From: Antedon mediterranea
Taxonomy: Eukaryota; Animalia; Echinodermata
Length of the DNA stretch: 64,000 bases
NCBI RefSeq assembly: GCF_964355755.1
Contig: NC_092672.1
Location: forward strand, 5,456,001 to 5,520,000
Direction of reading: 5' to 3'
Shown: in pieces, positions 35,004 through 48,588 of the stretch
How the letters are laid out: each line of letters opens with the position of its first letter
How positions within the stretch are numbered: the first letter of the stretch is position 1
Made by a program: the position numbers and the translations under genes
Notes under the pieces: generated by a model
Databases searched by the model: none
Told to the model about the DNA's origin: nothing
The model's input: only the letters and a program-made list of their open reading frames with translations

Positions 35004-37261
35004 ATGACTAGGCCAAGTGAAACACCGCCTGTAACCCAGTCGACTGGACTCCATACCGGTAGGCCAATTGTGACATCGTCCCTACTGCCGAGGGCTAGAC
35101 GAAGGAAGACGTATTGGAAGAACCTGTTCGTTCTAAGTCTAGCTTTCTTCTTTGTTTTTACAGCGTATATGTCAATACAAAACTTACAAAGCAGCTTAAA
35201 CACTGAAGAAGACCTGGGAGTGATATCATTAACCATCGTGTATGGATCGGTTGTCTTTTCGTGTATTTTTATTGCACCGATTTTAATTAGAAAATTTGGC
35301 ACAAAATGGACTATGGCAGGCAGTATTGTTATGTATAGTGTATACACCGCTTGTAACTATTATCCAACCTACGGTACATTAATCCCATCATCATTTTTGA
35401 TTGGACTTGCCGCGGCACCTCTGTGGACAGCACAGGGCACATATCTGACGACATCTGCCATCAGTTTGGCAGACCTTACCAATGAAGTTCCGGAAACCTT
35501 GTTAAATCGCTTCAACGGTATCTTCTTTGTCATCTTCCAGTCAAATCAAGTTGTCGGAAATTTAATTTCCTCTTTAGTTCTGCAGCAGACGGATGAAACG
35601 AGCCCAAACAATACCGGTTACTGCGGACGTTGCAGTTGCAACAAGGCTTCTTCCAATAGTACTGGTGATAGTAGACAACCAGATAAGAGTCTGGTTAACA
35701 CACTGCTGACTGTTTACCTGGTGATAGGTATCATTGGGTTACTTCTGGTAGTGTTCTTCCTTGATACTCTGCCAACGTTTCAGTCATCTCGCATGGATAG
35801 AAGAGAATGTATGCAGAAGTGGTTGGAGACTCTTGGCATTCTACGGAACCCTATTCTTGTACTTTTGGTACCGTTAATGATGTACAGTGGCATTGAACAA
35901 GCATTCGTTGCTGGAGATTTTACAAAGGTGACATTATTACTATTCTAAGTTTATTTGAGCCCCATTGGCGTGTGCCCAGTAGGCTACTTCCCCTGCAATC
36001 CATCTCTCCTACGCAACACTTATGGCGGTGCCTGGCATGTTGCAACCTTATAAATGATACTTGTTGATCAGGGAAAATGATGCCTAAATGCTTTAGTTCT
36101 GCCCAATTTCAAAATCCAGCAGGATCTATCACTGACTCACTGTTAGTCAATGGTACTGTAGATCCTGTTATATTTTGAAATTGGAGGACATGGGATACAA
36201 GGCTGTAATTTCACTCTTCACTGGATTAACCTGTATCTTTCACATTGTATTTTACCAAATTTAGAAGGGGCGAGCTGGCTTTTAAAACATTACAATCCCC
36301 TTCCCTCTTCCGGATCTATTTCCGACTATAACCCTTTTAGTACATCAATCATATTTTTTTATTTACAGGCATATGTCACCTGTGCCAAAGGCGTTGAATG
36401 GGTTGGTTATGTAATGATCTGTTACGGAGGTGCAGACGCCGTCTCGTCGTACCTCCTAGGCCGCCTTGAGAAATACACTGGACGACTGATCCTCTTCTCG
36501 TTAGGTGGTTTAGTTCAGATGATCCTCATCGTAACCATGTATCTCTGGCACCCGAAGGCTGATGATGACATCTGGAAGTTTATGTTAATTGCTGCTGGAT
36601 GGGGATTTGGTGATGCTGTTTGGCAGACGCAAATTTGTTGTAAGCACAAAAAAACTGCTTATAGCAGCACTTTATTTTGAGTAAACGATTTGGCTTAAGT
36701 CAGTTTTACATTTTTCTTTCTTAAACTTTAGAGTTCATTCCATAAGATACGTCTTAATTTTCAGTTAAGCAGTGCGTCTTCTTAACTCTCTTGGTATTGG
36801 CAACAAGATTTTTTTTAAATGCCATATTTGGATTCCTCCTTTTTTATTTCTATTACGACATGATTCAAGTATAATTAAATCTCTCTGGACACATTTTTAA
36901 CCATATTTTTACAAGAATTGTGTCTAAACTCTTCAAATTTTTACAACTAAATTTAGTACTGATTATAAAAATGTTCATATACTGATATAAATTTATTTTT
37001 ATTTCAGCCATTGTTGGCGTACTTTTTCCTGACAAACAAGAGTCTGCCTTCGCTAATTTCCGTCTATGGCAATCCCTGGGATTCAGTGTGGCGTTTGCCT
37101 GTAGTATTCCCAACAACGTCTGTATCCACCATAAATTATTTGGCTTTGGCGGATGGCTAGTCATGTCAATGGTTGCTTACTACACTGTAGAAATCATCGT
37201 TCATCGCACCAAGCCTGGATATTTGGAAGTAAAGGTTATGGAATCAGATGCAATAGGCTAG
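35004..37261 (+). CDS. UNC93A: UNC-93-like MFS membrane protein
   Basis: Exons 35004-35927, 36369-36639 and 37008-37261. Motifs: KNLFVLSLAFFFVFTAYMSIQNLQSSLN, GLAAAPLWTAQGTYLT, YSGIEQAFVAGDFTKAYVTC, WGFGDAVWQTQ and AFANFRLWQSLGF. Confidence 0.92.
36101..36184. repeat. Short inverted repeat/hairpin (MITE remnant) in UNC93A intron 1
   Basis: CCAATTTCAAAAT..CAGGATCTA / TAGATCCTG..ATTTTGAAATTGG. Confidence 0.6.
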
Positions 37262-40193
37262 AGCGCTAGAGGAATCTTGGGTGCTGGGTGGGGGGGGGGG
37301 GGGGGCTGTTGGAGTTATTGTTTTTAATTACGGTTATATTGTGTTACAATAAATTTCCAAGAAATCTTTACTTGAATAACAAAAAAAATACATTCCATAC
37401 CTGTAATCGATCAACATAAACGTCAAAAAATGTAAAACGGTAGTGTGGTCATGTATAAAATTAGCTAAGTGTTATAGATTTGTTTTTAAAATTAAAAACC
37501 TAACACAAAAGTTGTTGTTGAATCATCAAACAACAATTGTTGGCCATATTAATGGTAGGCCTCGTGTATCTTTAAAGTTGTTAACTGTATGATCTGTGAG
37601 TGACCCTATTCTAGTAATCTACTCAAGTATCTGTTCTGTCGTCATAGCTGTATTAATATGTCGTTTATTACCAATTCTTTTGTAGATGTCAACTTTATCA
37701 ATGCAGTATCATTTGCTCTTTACTATTTAGTTTATTTAAATGACCAAAGGTCATTCTAAAACTAGCTAGTGTAACTTACCCTTTACAGTATTATACTCTT
37801 AAGGTTGTGTAATATTGAGATATACTGATAGTAGTATTGAAGTAGGCTATATATATTATATATATACATATTTATATAATGGCATTTATATAACATATAT
37901 ATAATAAATGTGTTTACCGGTTTAACTTTCGGCAGCTGCTTAGTATATTAAGTCTTAAATAATAAATGCAAGTTTATAACTAAGTTTGATATTTTTTAGA
38001 ATATTTGTAAAATAATTAATGTAAAAATCATATTGTATTTTGATAAAGACATTCTATTATACCTAATTCTTAGTTTTATGTGACGGGTATGTTTATTGTA
38101 GCTTATTATTATAATAATCACAAGAATAAAGAGAGGCTGAATACATTATTGCAAATATGAAACTTGGTTTTCTTTCTGTTATGTATACAGCCATCCGATA
38201 TGAATGAGTGTGACAAGTAACATCAAGAAGGCTTGAAATCAAATGTTCTTGGAAAAAATAACTTTGTAACCTATCGTCTTGAAGTCTGATAACCATTTAT
38301 ATATCTGAACTTAAATCTCTAATCCAGAAATTTCAAATTGAAAAAAATAGAAAGCGGTTTTCTTCTAATCGGTTTTAGCGGGAAAAAAGTGCTCAACGAA
38401 ATTTGACGATCGAGACCGGAATAATCAATTGTGGTTTCTAAACCGGTATTCACAATCGATTCGTTTTATGGGGACCAGTTTATTTTGGCAAGAGAACCGT
38501 TTAAAAAACCAGGTATTTTAAAGGCCAGGTGTGGGCAAAAAATTTCTATTGATCATACATTCCAAAAATTATCTTATTTTAGGGATTTTATTTGTGTTGC
38601 AGGAGCTTTTTGAAAATTAGCACTTTCATATCAGTGGGGGATAGTTCAAATTACACAGTAAAATCTCTATTCTTTTGTACACAAATTATCCACCGTATAT
38701 CCACCATCTTTTTTCACCTTCTAGGGAGTCATCAGACATGTTATTACATTATGTTAACTACCTAACTACTGAAAAAAAGTCTTCCTGGTTTTTTTGCCAG
38801 AATTTTGCCAAATTTTGTATTTGACCATATTAGGGGAAATTCATGGTTTTTCATCTTGATTTCTGTTACAAATATTTGATTTATGTACAAATAACCAAAT
38901 AGTATATTTAAAATTCATGCCTGTACCTGAGCTTTAAAGCTCTGTCTACACTATCAAACTTTAACAAAAAAAGTGTTATGTGACCAAATATGGCTGTGGT
39001 ATGATGTCATCGTGTCACTTAAAGTGTAATAGCTTAAGTTCGATTCTCTTGTTCAGTAAAAATTTGTTCTTGTCGCGCTTCCTGACTGGTTTTCTTGATC
39101 AACATTGGTAGCTTCCTATTCAAAAGTTGTTTTTCGACAATTTGGATTTTTATATAAACTATTATAGTACTTTCCTATGGCTGCTTCCTATATCCTTACT
39201 TTCACTCTAGGTCTTTGTCAAGTGGTGACGTGTGTTTAAAGGTCAGTGACTTTACAACTCTTTCAAATCGTCACAGGGGTACCGAAACTGTGTAAACCAT
39301 TTTCAAACAGTGCACGACGAATTTGATTACAAAGATTATTTTTCCATTTTTTCTAAAGTTTCCCGACTTTTATTCCAATATCGTACTTTTAACCGACTCT
39401 TGGAAACTTTATACCTATTTAAATGCTAATACCTAACAAAAAGAAGGAAGAGATAATAGCATCACACGTGTTACATAACCTTGGCATCACATGTGATACA
39501 CATGCGATGCTGTATTATACAGTATTACCATAATACTCATAACTATACATAGGCGTACATACATGTGGAGATAAGCAGTGTGGTGCTTCCAAATTGATAT
39601 ATTATAATGTTTCGTGTATAACTGTTAACCAAACATGAACATAACTAAATAACAATCTCGTGTCTGTACACGGCCGGTCTGTCCCGACCTAAATATTAAC
39701 GTTGATGCACAAGATAGGATAGGATAGGTCTACAGTAGGACTGGGTCCAGCTATTCATTTATCCTATTTGGCCTATATTTATTGGTATTATTGATTATTA
39801 GTAGGCTAATTAGTTATCAAAATGAAGGAGGCCTACTGGGAATTTTGAATCCGTTCTGAATAGGTGTTTAAACGGGTGTTTATACCACCCTATTTATAGA
39901 ATTTAATAGGAAATCAATACAAAGAATGGTATGTCAAATAGTTCAGCACATGACCAGAATGGTATCCTGTGAACAAATAGAAATAGGCACGGGATATTCC
40001 CTGTTGATTACCGTATATAAAGCAATTCGACTTGCACGTTTACCTTATAATCAACATACTGATTTGGTGCGGCTTCCTAAGGAAATAGTATGCTAATCGA
40101 ATACCAGAATACATTATCTAAAATTCAATTAGAGGCTTAATGCGTAGAGAAGTTTTACACAAGTAAAAGTCAGTGGCAGCTAACATCATAAGT

Positions 40194-42179
40194 ATGCCAC
40201 TTCACCCGGTATTGCGGGTAGCTTTACTGGGAGATGCAGGCGTCGGAAAAACAACGCTACTGCAGAAGTTTATGAAAGAAGATTGTCTGGTTACTAATGG
40301 AGATATTGCAGATACACAAGAGAAAGTTGTGGAGAGAAATGGCCGAAAAATTAAATTAGATATCAGAGATACAGCGGGTAAGTTTTCTTTCTAAATGTTA
40401 TCTATTCTATTCACCATTAAAAAAAAATATTCCCTACTTTAGCTGTGCAATAATACAAAATGTTTCAACAACATCATGAAATGAAGATAATAACTAAACA
40501 GTAGTATTATTCAGTTATATAAATTAATAAAATTGAAACAAAAATGAATAACATACATTACTGTCATGTGGTAATGCATTAAGCTCTGTCTCATCAAACT
40601 TTATGTGACAAAAAATGTGATGTGCCCAAATATGGTAGTGATATTGCCAAATATGGTAGTTATATGACATCATCATGTACATATATGGGCACATCACATA
40701 AAGTTTGATAGTGTAGACAGAGCTAATTATGTCAACTGAAATCAGTCCAATGACGACCTGTTTACTCAATAATAAAGATAATAAAAAGTATAGTTAAATT
40801 TTCCTGGTAAATGAGAAAGTTCGTAGAGAATTAATCAGGAATTGGGGACCGTTTGTAATATGGTTTAAAGGTTTATTAGAATAGTTTTAATTGTTTGCCA
40901 CAAATTAGAATGAACTAATGATTAGGACACCACTAATTAAGTCATTAATTAAGTCATTAAGTCTTTAGGACACCACTAATTAAGTTATGCCATATGATGC
41001 AACCGGACCATACCTTCAACGGTTATGTTTTATATTAGCTGTGGCCTATTGTCAGGAATAGAGTATAGTGTGTTGTGTTTGTGTTTCGTAATATTTATTC
41101 AACCAAGAAAAAACAAGTATAATAGTACATAAATATCTAAAATAAACATTTAACGTACTGTAACATAACAAGATCTGGTTAGAAGTAAAAAGTTGTCTCA
41201 CTCACACCCCTAAACAAAACAAAATATTATAAATTGTTGAATAAAGAAATATGTAGGCTCTAAACGCCATGTTTTAACCTCAACTTATATATGGAAACAT
41301 TAAAAAAAGAAGAATAAAGAAAAATAAAAACAACATACATTTACTCATGATATTTTGATAAATAATAATGTTTACATTTCTTTAAAATGGTTAAGGTTTT
41401 ACATTCAGTAAGTGTACATCTAAGTAATTCCATAAAGTTTTTCTGAGAAGGTTATGCACAATCTAACAAGTGGTACAAGCATCTTACGTGGATTTCTATC
41501 CAAATTATATTAAAAATCAAAATTAATTTGTGTAAAATTAACAATGACCTAGGAAGTTCAAACATTATTTTCTTTTAGGTCTTGAAAGATACAGAAGTTT
41601 AACACAGTCATATTATAGAGGAATTACGAATTTTATCTTCGTTTATGACGTCAACAACAAAGAGTCATTTAATAACCTTATGAAATGGTAAATATCGAAA
41701 TTATTTATTTGAATTTGTAGCCAAATGTTCATTGTGGTCCTCTATGAGAGAGGAATTAATTAGATCCGTGGTATCTACGACTAAAACGCCTGGCTCATCA
41801 ATTTGATAGGATTGAATTAAAGAATCAGATTATTTTTGATTTTTTTAAATGTATAAACTATGTCTTTTTTTATAGGTCTGAACAATACAATAGAAATTGC
41901 AATGATCCTGTAAACACCAATATTCTAATTGTTGGAAACAAACATCAAGAAGCCGATACAGACCGAGTACCTACCGAACAAGCCCGAAACTTTGCGAATC
42001 ATTTAGAAGCAGATTTCATCGAAATTAGTACAAGAAATAATACGAACATTGAGGCGTGTTTTTTAAGAATAGTCGATAATTACTTTGAAAGGCAAGGTAA
42101 ATGTCTGCGACGTATGTTTTCTACTCCATCAATAAAGCTGAAATACAAATCCAAGAAAAACAGTTGTTGCAGAACGTAA
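40194..42179 (+). CDS. Atypical Rab-like small GTPase (intact ORF)
   Basis: Exons 40194-40377, 41579-41687 and 41876-42179. G1 GDAGVGKT, G3 RDTAGLE, RabF-like RYRSLTQSYYRG and FVYDV, G4 GNKHQ, G5 EISTR, C-terminal prenylation-type CCRT*. Confidence 0.85.
40582..40723. mobile_element. MITE family A copy
   Basis: Same TIR and internal motifs. Confidence 0.8.
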
Positions 42180-45082
42180 TGAGACAGTACTAGGCCTACA
42201 GCTAAACAACTAAAAGAACACAAATCATGAAAAATGTAGTAAACGTGAATAACGTAAGGCATATAACGTACATAAATACTGTAGAAATATTTACAATCTG
42301 AGGATTGGTTACGAATACGGGTTAGCTCGATGTAAATGCTATTTAAACAAGTCAGAGATGTGTAAATAAAATTACTAAGAATTTAGATGATTGTCGTTGT
42401 TGTAAGTTATTGGACACCAAATAACACTTCTATGCTACTTTTCCGCCAGTAAAGGGGACAACAGCACACCATGCAGGCCGAAAAAAGGTCAGAGCTCCTA
42501 AAATCCGTTTAACTTTAGATGCTCTTCAGTCATCATGAAGGATTCACTCGCCTCGTTACAAGCTTGTAAAATATTCAAACACTTTTTTAATCGTAAAATG
42601 TGCTGCGATAGATAATTATGTCTTATTATCATTTAATATTATTAACTGATATCAATGAATTACTGTTTTTGTAAATAAACATTACTTTCAAATAACTAAT
42701 AACGTATTGTATGCTATCTTCCTAATAAAAAACAATCAATAAACATTACAAAGTCTACAATATAAAAATAACGGGTATTAGACTAGTCCAGATTTGAGAA
42801 AAATGAAATGCTGTAGGCATTTCGTGTTAAAAGCGAATAAACATATGTTTTAGGGTAATTTTGGGGTGCTGAATTCAAATTTGCTGTTTACCCGGCTCAA
42901 TTTTTAGATCTTCACCCTTAAAATGTGAAAAACAAAATGGCCGCCATTTCAGACTTATTTTGGCTTATAACTTGACTTTTAAGTGACGTAGCAAGTTAAA
43001 AATGGTGTCTATACCTATGTTTGTGATAGTGAAGATTCCAACTATATTGTTATTAAAGTTGAAAATATTCTATTTCAGCCGCCATGTTGAAATCCAAGAT
43101 GGCCGCCATTTTAAACGTATTTTGGCTTATAACTTGACTTTTAATTAACATAGCAAGTTTAAAATAGTTTCTATACCTATTTTTGTGATACTGAGGATTC
43201 CAAATATATTGTTATTAAAGTTGTAAATATTCTATTTCAGCCTCCATGTTGGAATTCAAGATGGTCGCCATTTAAAACGTATTTTGGCTTATAACTTGAC
43301 ATATAAGTAACATAGTAGGTTAGAAATGATGTCTATACAGTAGCAGTACCTATGTTTGTGATACTGAGGATTCCAAATATATTGTTTTTAAAGTTGTAAA
43401 TATTCTATTTCAGCCTCCATGTTGAAATCCAAGATGGCCGCCATCATTTTAAACGTATTTTGGCTTATAACTTGACTTTTAATTAACATAGCAAGTTAAA
43501 AATGGTTTCTACCTATAGTCCAGCAAAAGTATGGTTGAACCTAGAACAAATTGCAACATAATTTGTTTTTGTTTTTTCTGGTTGATATGGTCCAAATTAA
43601 CATCATATTCAAAGTTTACCAAAATCGGACATCGTGAAGTGGGTTCATTAGCATAAATTAAAAATGGCCGCCATTTACCATTTTGAAGCCCTGTATATTA
43701 TCTCCTTAACGGTTGGTTTTACTTATAGACCACCTACTGTAAGTGAATTACTATTAATTATTATTAATCAGATGTCTTGTTAATTTTGGACTGAACAAAA
43801 GATGCATGTTTCGAATTCATTCATAATTCATATCTTTGTTTCTTTGCAAGTACAGATCGTTTCTCATTCGAAATGCCATTGAAGATGTTGCCATTTGCTC
43901 TCCAGTGTTTTCTTCAACTACAGATTTTTCCACTATATTGCTTCTTCTGTCTTAAAATATTTTTTTAATGATTTTTAATACTGCTTGTTGTAGAAATTTA
44001 AATACTGTAATTAAGTACCAATTATCAATTTATTCACCATTTCAAATTATTTCAAATTCATAAAGATTTATAACAAATGCTGGTGTGGATGACATAAGAA
44101 CAAAGCTTGTTTACCGGTAACCGGTAGTGATGGCAAGTTAGAAAATTACCCAAACCCTTTGAATACCGTTGATATGCAGTATCTTTAACTGATGGTTCTT
44201 CATCCTTGTTGGCACAATATAATGTCCTTTATGCTCGATGAATCTTGGAAACAGCATTATAATATAAGCCAAAAAAGTTGTTGACTTGGTCACCAAACAG
44301 GTAAAATTCTGGCAATGAAATAGCAACTTTGATTGCAGATGAAGATGCTCACTTGTTATGCCAAAAACTGCAATATGACATTAGTTATTTCATGTGTCAT
44401 TTCAATTTTGGATGTTTCCATACACGTTTGATCCAATAGACTGGGGTAATAATGTTTCACAACATTAGGCGCTATATAAATCCACGATATTATTGTATGA
44501 AAACTATTAATTTGATATCTAATTATTATACTATAAATTAAACTTATATTTATGTGTGTAGGCCTACATTTTACCACTAATTGCAAAGCATATATAGCTT
44601 AATGTTTATTGCGTAATAATTGTTTAATAGGCTAGGCCGGCTATGTGCAGGTGTTCACAGGTCCCCAGGGCACAGAGAACTACATGCACAACAGGCCTAG
44701 GATATGCCCAAAAGCAAGGCAAGTCAGAAATTTATGCGAGGCATCGTTTAACATCATCAAAAAATGCGAGGCATCAGTTTATCATTTCCCAAAATTTAGG
44801 ATCGATTATTATTCTTTGAAAACAGAACAGTATCAGCAGTAACATATTACAGCATTTTTATTGACAAATTAACAAATATATTGAGATTAAACGTGTTTTT
44901 CACCAATAAATGCATGAGAAATTGACGCATTCCACTTTGTTTTAGTCCTCTATTATCATTTTGGCCGTGAAGCTAGTTAATTCTATTTCCTTATTCTGAA
45001 TTGAAGGCATTATATAATATAATACTGTAGATGAAAAAACCTCAAAACGAAACCTCTACTTCCTCTGGTATCCGGTCCGGCG

Positions 45083-45170
45083 AATCGAACATCAATGTTT
45101 CGTTTTCACGCGGCTATGCGCCAATCGATATGTGCGTAGCCGCGTGAAAACGAAACATTGGTGTTCGATT
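45083..45170. repeat. Near-perfect ~38-bp-stem hairpin nested in the long-TIR element
   Basis: AATCGAACATCAATGTTTCGTTTTCACGCGGCTATGC / GCGTAGCCGCGTGAAAACGAAACATTGGTGTTCGATT. Confidence 0.8.
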
Positions 45171-45527
45171 GGATTTCTGGCGCCGGAACGGAACCGTGCC
45201 GGAACAGGTGTGAAAGACCCTTTATACACGATATGACTTGAATGAAAAAAACAATCGTTACATAAAAATAAACAACATAGCATGATGAATGTATACACGA
45301 ATCTATTTCGATACGCTAGGCCTATTTTAAAAATATAAATAATTGATTATTAGGCCTATAATATAGCATAATAGCACGTTAAGAAATGCCTCGCACCTTT
45401 TTGAAATTGTAAACTATATGCCTCGCACCTTTTTGAAATTGTAAACTATATGCCTCGCATGCCTCACACTTATATTTGGTGTGCCTCGCTGCCTCGCACA
45501 ATCGAATTGGAACAATACAATGAAAAC

Positions 45528-45597
45528 CCCAGTGGTCTAATGGTTAGGAGATCTGCATATCAAGCAGAAGGTTCCGGGTTTGAATCTCGGAGAGGGC
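45528..45597 (+). mobile_element. tRNA-derived SINE head / tRNA-like relic
   Basis: AGTGGTCTAATGGTTAGG...GGTTTGAATCTC; degenerate T-loop and stems. Confidence 0.5.
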
Positions 45598-48588
45598 TTT
45601 TTCTCATTCTCACAGGTTTCGTCATTTTTATTTTTTCTAATTAATTAAATTTCATTATATCGGGCGGATTACAATTTATTCTGTGATGTTTATATACTGT
45701 ATATATATATATTTTTTTTTCTCTTTTGTGGCGCAAACACTACTTTTATTCACATTCCTATTATCTCATGTCATTAAATCATATTATTTAACACATTTTT
45801 GTTAATTCCAAATGTCATCAGTAACATTTTTACATTTATGAATTCCGTATTACCTCCTTTTTTCATTAATTTTCTTATATTTTTCTAAACACTTGACAAT
45901 GATCATCATTATCATCTATCTCGATGTAAAATATTTTACACATAAAGAACAATCCCTTTGTGAGTTTTTCATTTTCGCACTTTGTTACTACCCTGTGTGT
46001 GTGTATTTAAAATAGGCGCCATCTTTGATTTCAACATGGCGGCTGTTTACAACTTTAATAACAATATATTTGGAATCCTCAGTATCACAAACATAGGTAC
46101 TGTATAGACATCATTTCTAACCTACTATGTTACTTATATGTCAAGTTATAAGCCAAAATACGTTTTAAATGGCGACCATCTTGAATTCCAACATGGCGAC
46201 TGAAATAGAATATTTACAACTTTAATAACAATATATTTGGAATCCTCAGTATCACAAACATAGGTACTGTATAGACATCATTTCTAACCTACTATGTTAC
46301 TTATATGTTAAGTTATAAGCCAAAATACGTTTTAAATGGCGACCATCTTGAATTCCAACATGGAGGCTGAAATAGAATATTTACAACTTTAATAACAATA
46401 TATTTGGAATCCTCAGTATCACAAACATAGGTATAGAAACTATTTTTAACTTGCTATGTTAATTAAAAGTCAAGTTATAAGCCAAAATACGTTTAAAATG
46501 GCGGCCATCTTGGATTTCAGCATGGCGGTTGAAATAGAATATTTGCAACTTTAATAACAATGTAGTTGGAATCTTCACTATCACAAACATAGGTATAGAC
46601 ACCATTTTTAACTTGCTACGTCACTTAAAAGTCAAGTTATAAGCAAAAATAAGTCTGATGAAATGGCGGTCATTTGTTTTTCACATTTTAAGGGTGAAGA
46701 TCTGAAAATTGAGCTGGGTAAACAGTAAATTTGAATTCAGCACCCCAAAATTACCTTAAAACACATGTTTATTCGCTTTTAACACGAAATGCCTACAGCA
46801 TCTTATTAGAGTGGAAATATGACTATCTGGACTAGTCTATATTGAACTTGGTATTACACCACAACATATTATCAGAGTAAAGTTCATTCACATAATACGA
46901 ACCTATTGGAGATCAGTTTCACCCTCCATCTAATTCCAATCGACCAATCACAAGCGGCAGATCATCTTAACTGCAGCTTGTGATTGGTCAAATTAGGTAA
47001 TTTGGGTATGGGTCATTACGTTGCATCACAACATATTATCAGAGTAAAGCTCATTCACAAAATATTGGGAGATCAGTTTCACTATTACTACCCTTCACTC
47101 CAATTGTGTTGTGTACAGCTCGTCACCCCACGTTATGAGTACTTTGTATGCTTTTTACAATCTGGTGTATTCACATATTAATTAAAATATTAGGCCTACT
47201 ACCGTATTCCCTTTTGACACATATATTAGTAAAAAGATCATCTTCTATTATTATAATAATATATAATAGGTAGCATAAATATATGTAGCCTAAATTATGT
47301 TAGGGGATTGCAAGATAATTGCATTTAATTGGCTAAGAGATAGACGAGCCACCATAATACTAATCTAAGAAACACATTGTACCCGTGAATACGAGCGAAA
47401 ATGGTGTAATGAATGGCGAAGTAAATCGTATTCAGTAAAGAAAAAAATACAAATATAGGTCGCCGCCTGGACCTAGGCCTATAGACCATGATACCTATGT
47501 AAAGGTGAAGAGTGCGCAAATCGAAAGCTCATACCTGCTGTTTGTTAGTTTTTAGTAAATAACAAGTTAAATAAAACACATGTATTAATATATATATTTA
47601 TATATAAAATACTTAATCATGTGTCTTTGCCATTTAAATTGCATTTTAATATTAACAAACAAAAAGGCAGCAGGAAATGGGAAAACATTTCACTATCAAC
47701 TTTCATACTAGAACATGGACACTCGCATTGTCGATATACATAATTACTAAAACCAGGTCATGTTGTGTGTTGATACATTGCATATGTTGTTATTGCAGTG
47801 TCTAATTTTAAATGTAAAACAATACCAACAATAATTGGAAAAAGTATTCCTAAATCGCCAAATTGTTTAGATTATGGAGATACGTGTAGCGTTTTTCCAC
47901 ATGTTATTCATGATAAATAGAGGACACTCTGCACCCGTTTGATGCTGTTATCATTCTGCCATTTGGTACCTTTCAACAGACTTTCAACTCTCTGCTTAGC
48001 AACAACTGCAATTTTTTTTCCAACTGTACGATATATCAGGTATGTTGTAATATCTTTAATTGCACATTAGAATATGATTTATTTTAATACTTTCAATTTA
48101 ATTATATTAAGTGCTGGGTAGAAAAAGAGTTAATGCCATGAATATAAGATAGAAATATGTAAAAATTAGAAAAGATGAAACCATATGTTAATGTAAAGCC
48201 TATTATTTGATAATAAAATAGTGTGACGTTCGACCCCATTTTTATAAATGTATTTGTAAATGTAAAAGTTAAAGAAGCCGAATGTTCTATAATAGGCTAA
48301 AGGATGGAAGATCGAAATCAATCATCTTATGTAAGCCTATATATACAATGTAAGCTATATTAATTTATGGGACCTACTTTTAACACTGGATCGTCATATA
48401 AATGAGAGGAAAATATGTTTAAACAAAAAAATAAATTTCTTCTCGGTAATAATACTTGAGAAGTACGGAACATTACATTTAAACATATGCCTCGACATAT
48501 CTTGCTCCCGTAATAGATGCATTTTCTTTGAAATATAGGTACCCAGCATTTTTTTTAAGCCATGACTTTTAACTTTTGGCAGGTCATT

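Larger units (their letters stand above)
42779..46839. mobile_element. 4.06-kb non-autonomous long-TIR DNA transposon (Academ-like)
   Basis: Termini TAGACTAGTCCAGAT / ATCTGGACTAGTCTA with TAT on both flanks (42776-42778, 46840-46842). Inverted arms (about 42779-43515 and 46010-46839) are built of ~165-bp tandem units containing AAGATGGCCGCCAT. No transposase ORF found. The superfamily call is an inference from the TA- terminus, 3-bp TSD and long TIRs. Confidence 0.8.

Noticed and set aside
37279-37305. G-quadruplex in the UNC93A 3'UTR
   Set aside because: Mostly a poly-G homopolymer of uncertain length; no support for function.
45528-45597. Functional tRNA gene (also 4201-4270 and about 20205-20272)
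   Set aside because: A/B boxes are present but the stems and T-loop are broken; consistent with SINE heads.
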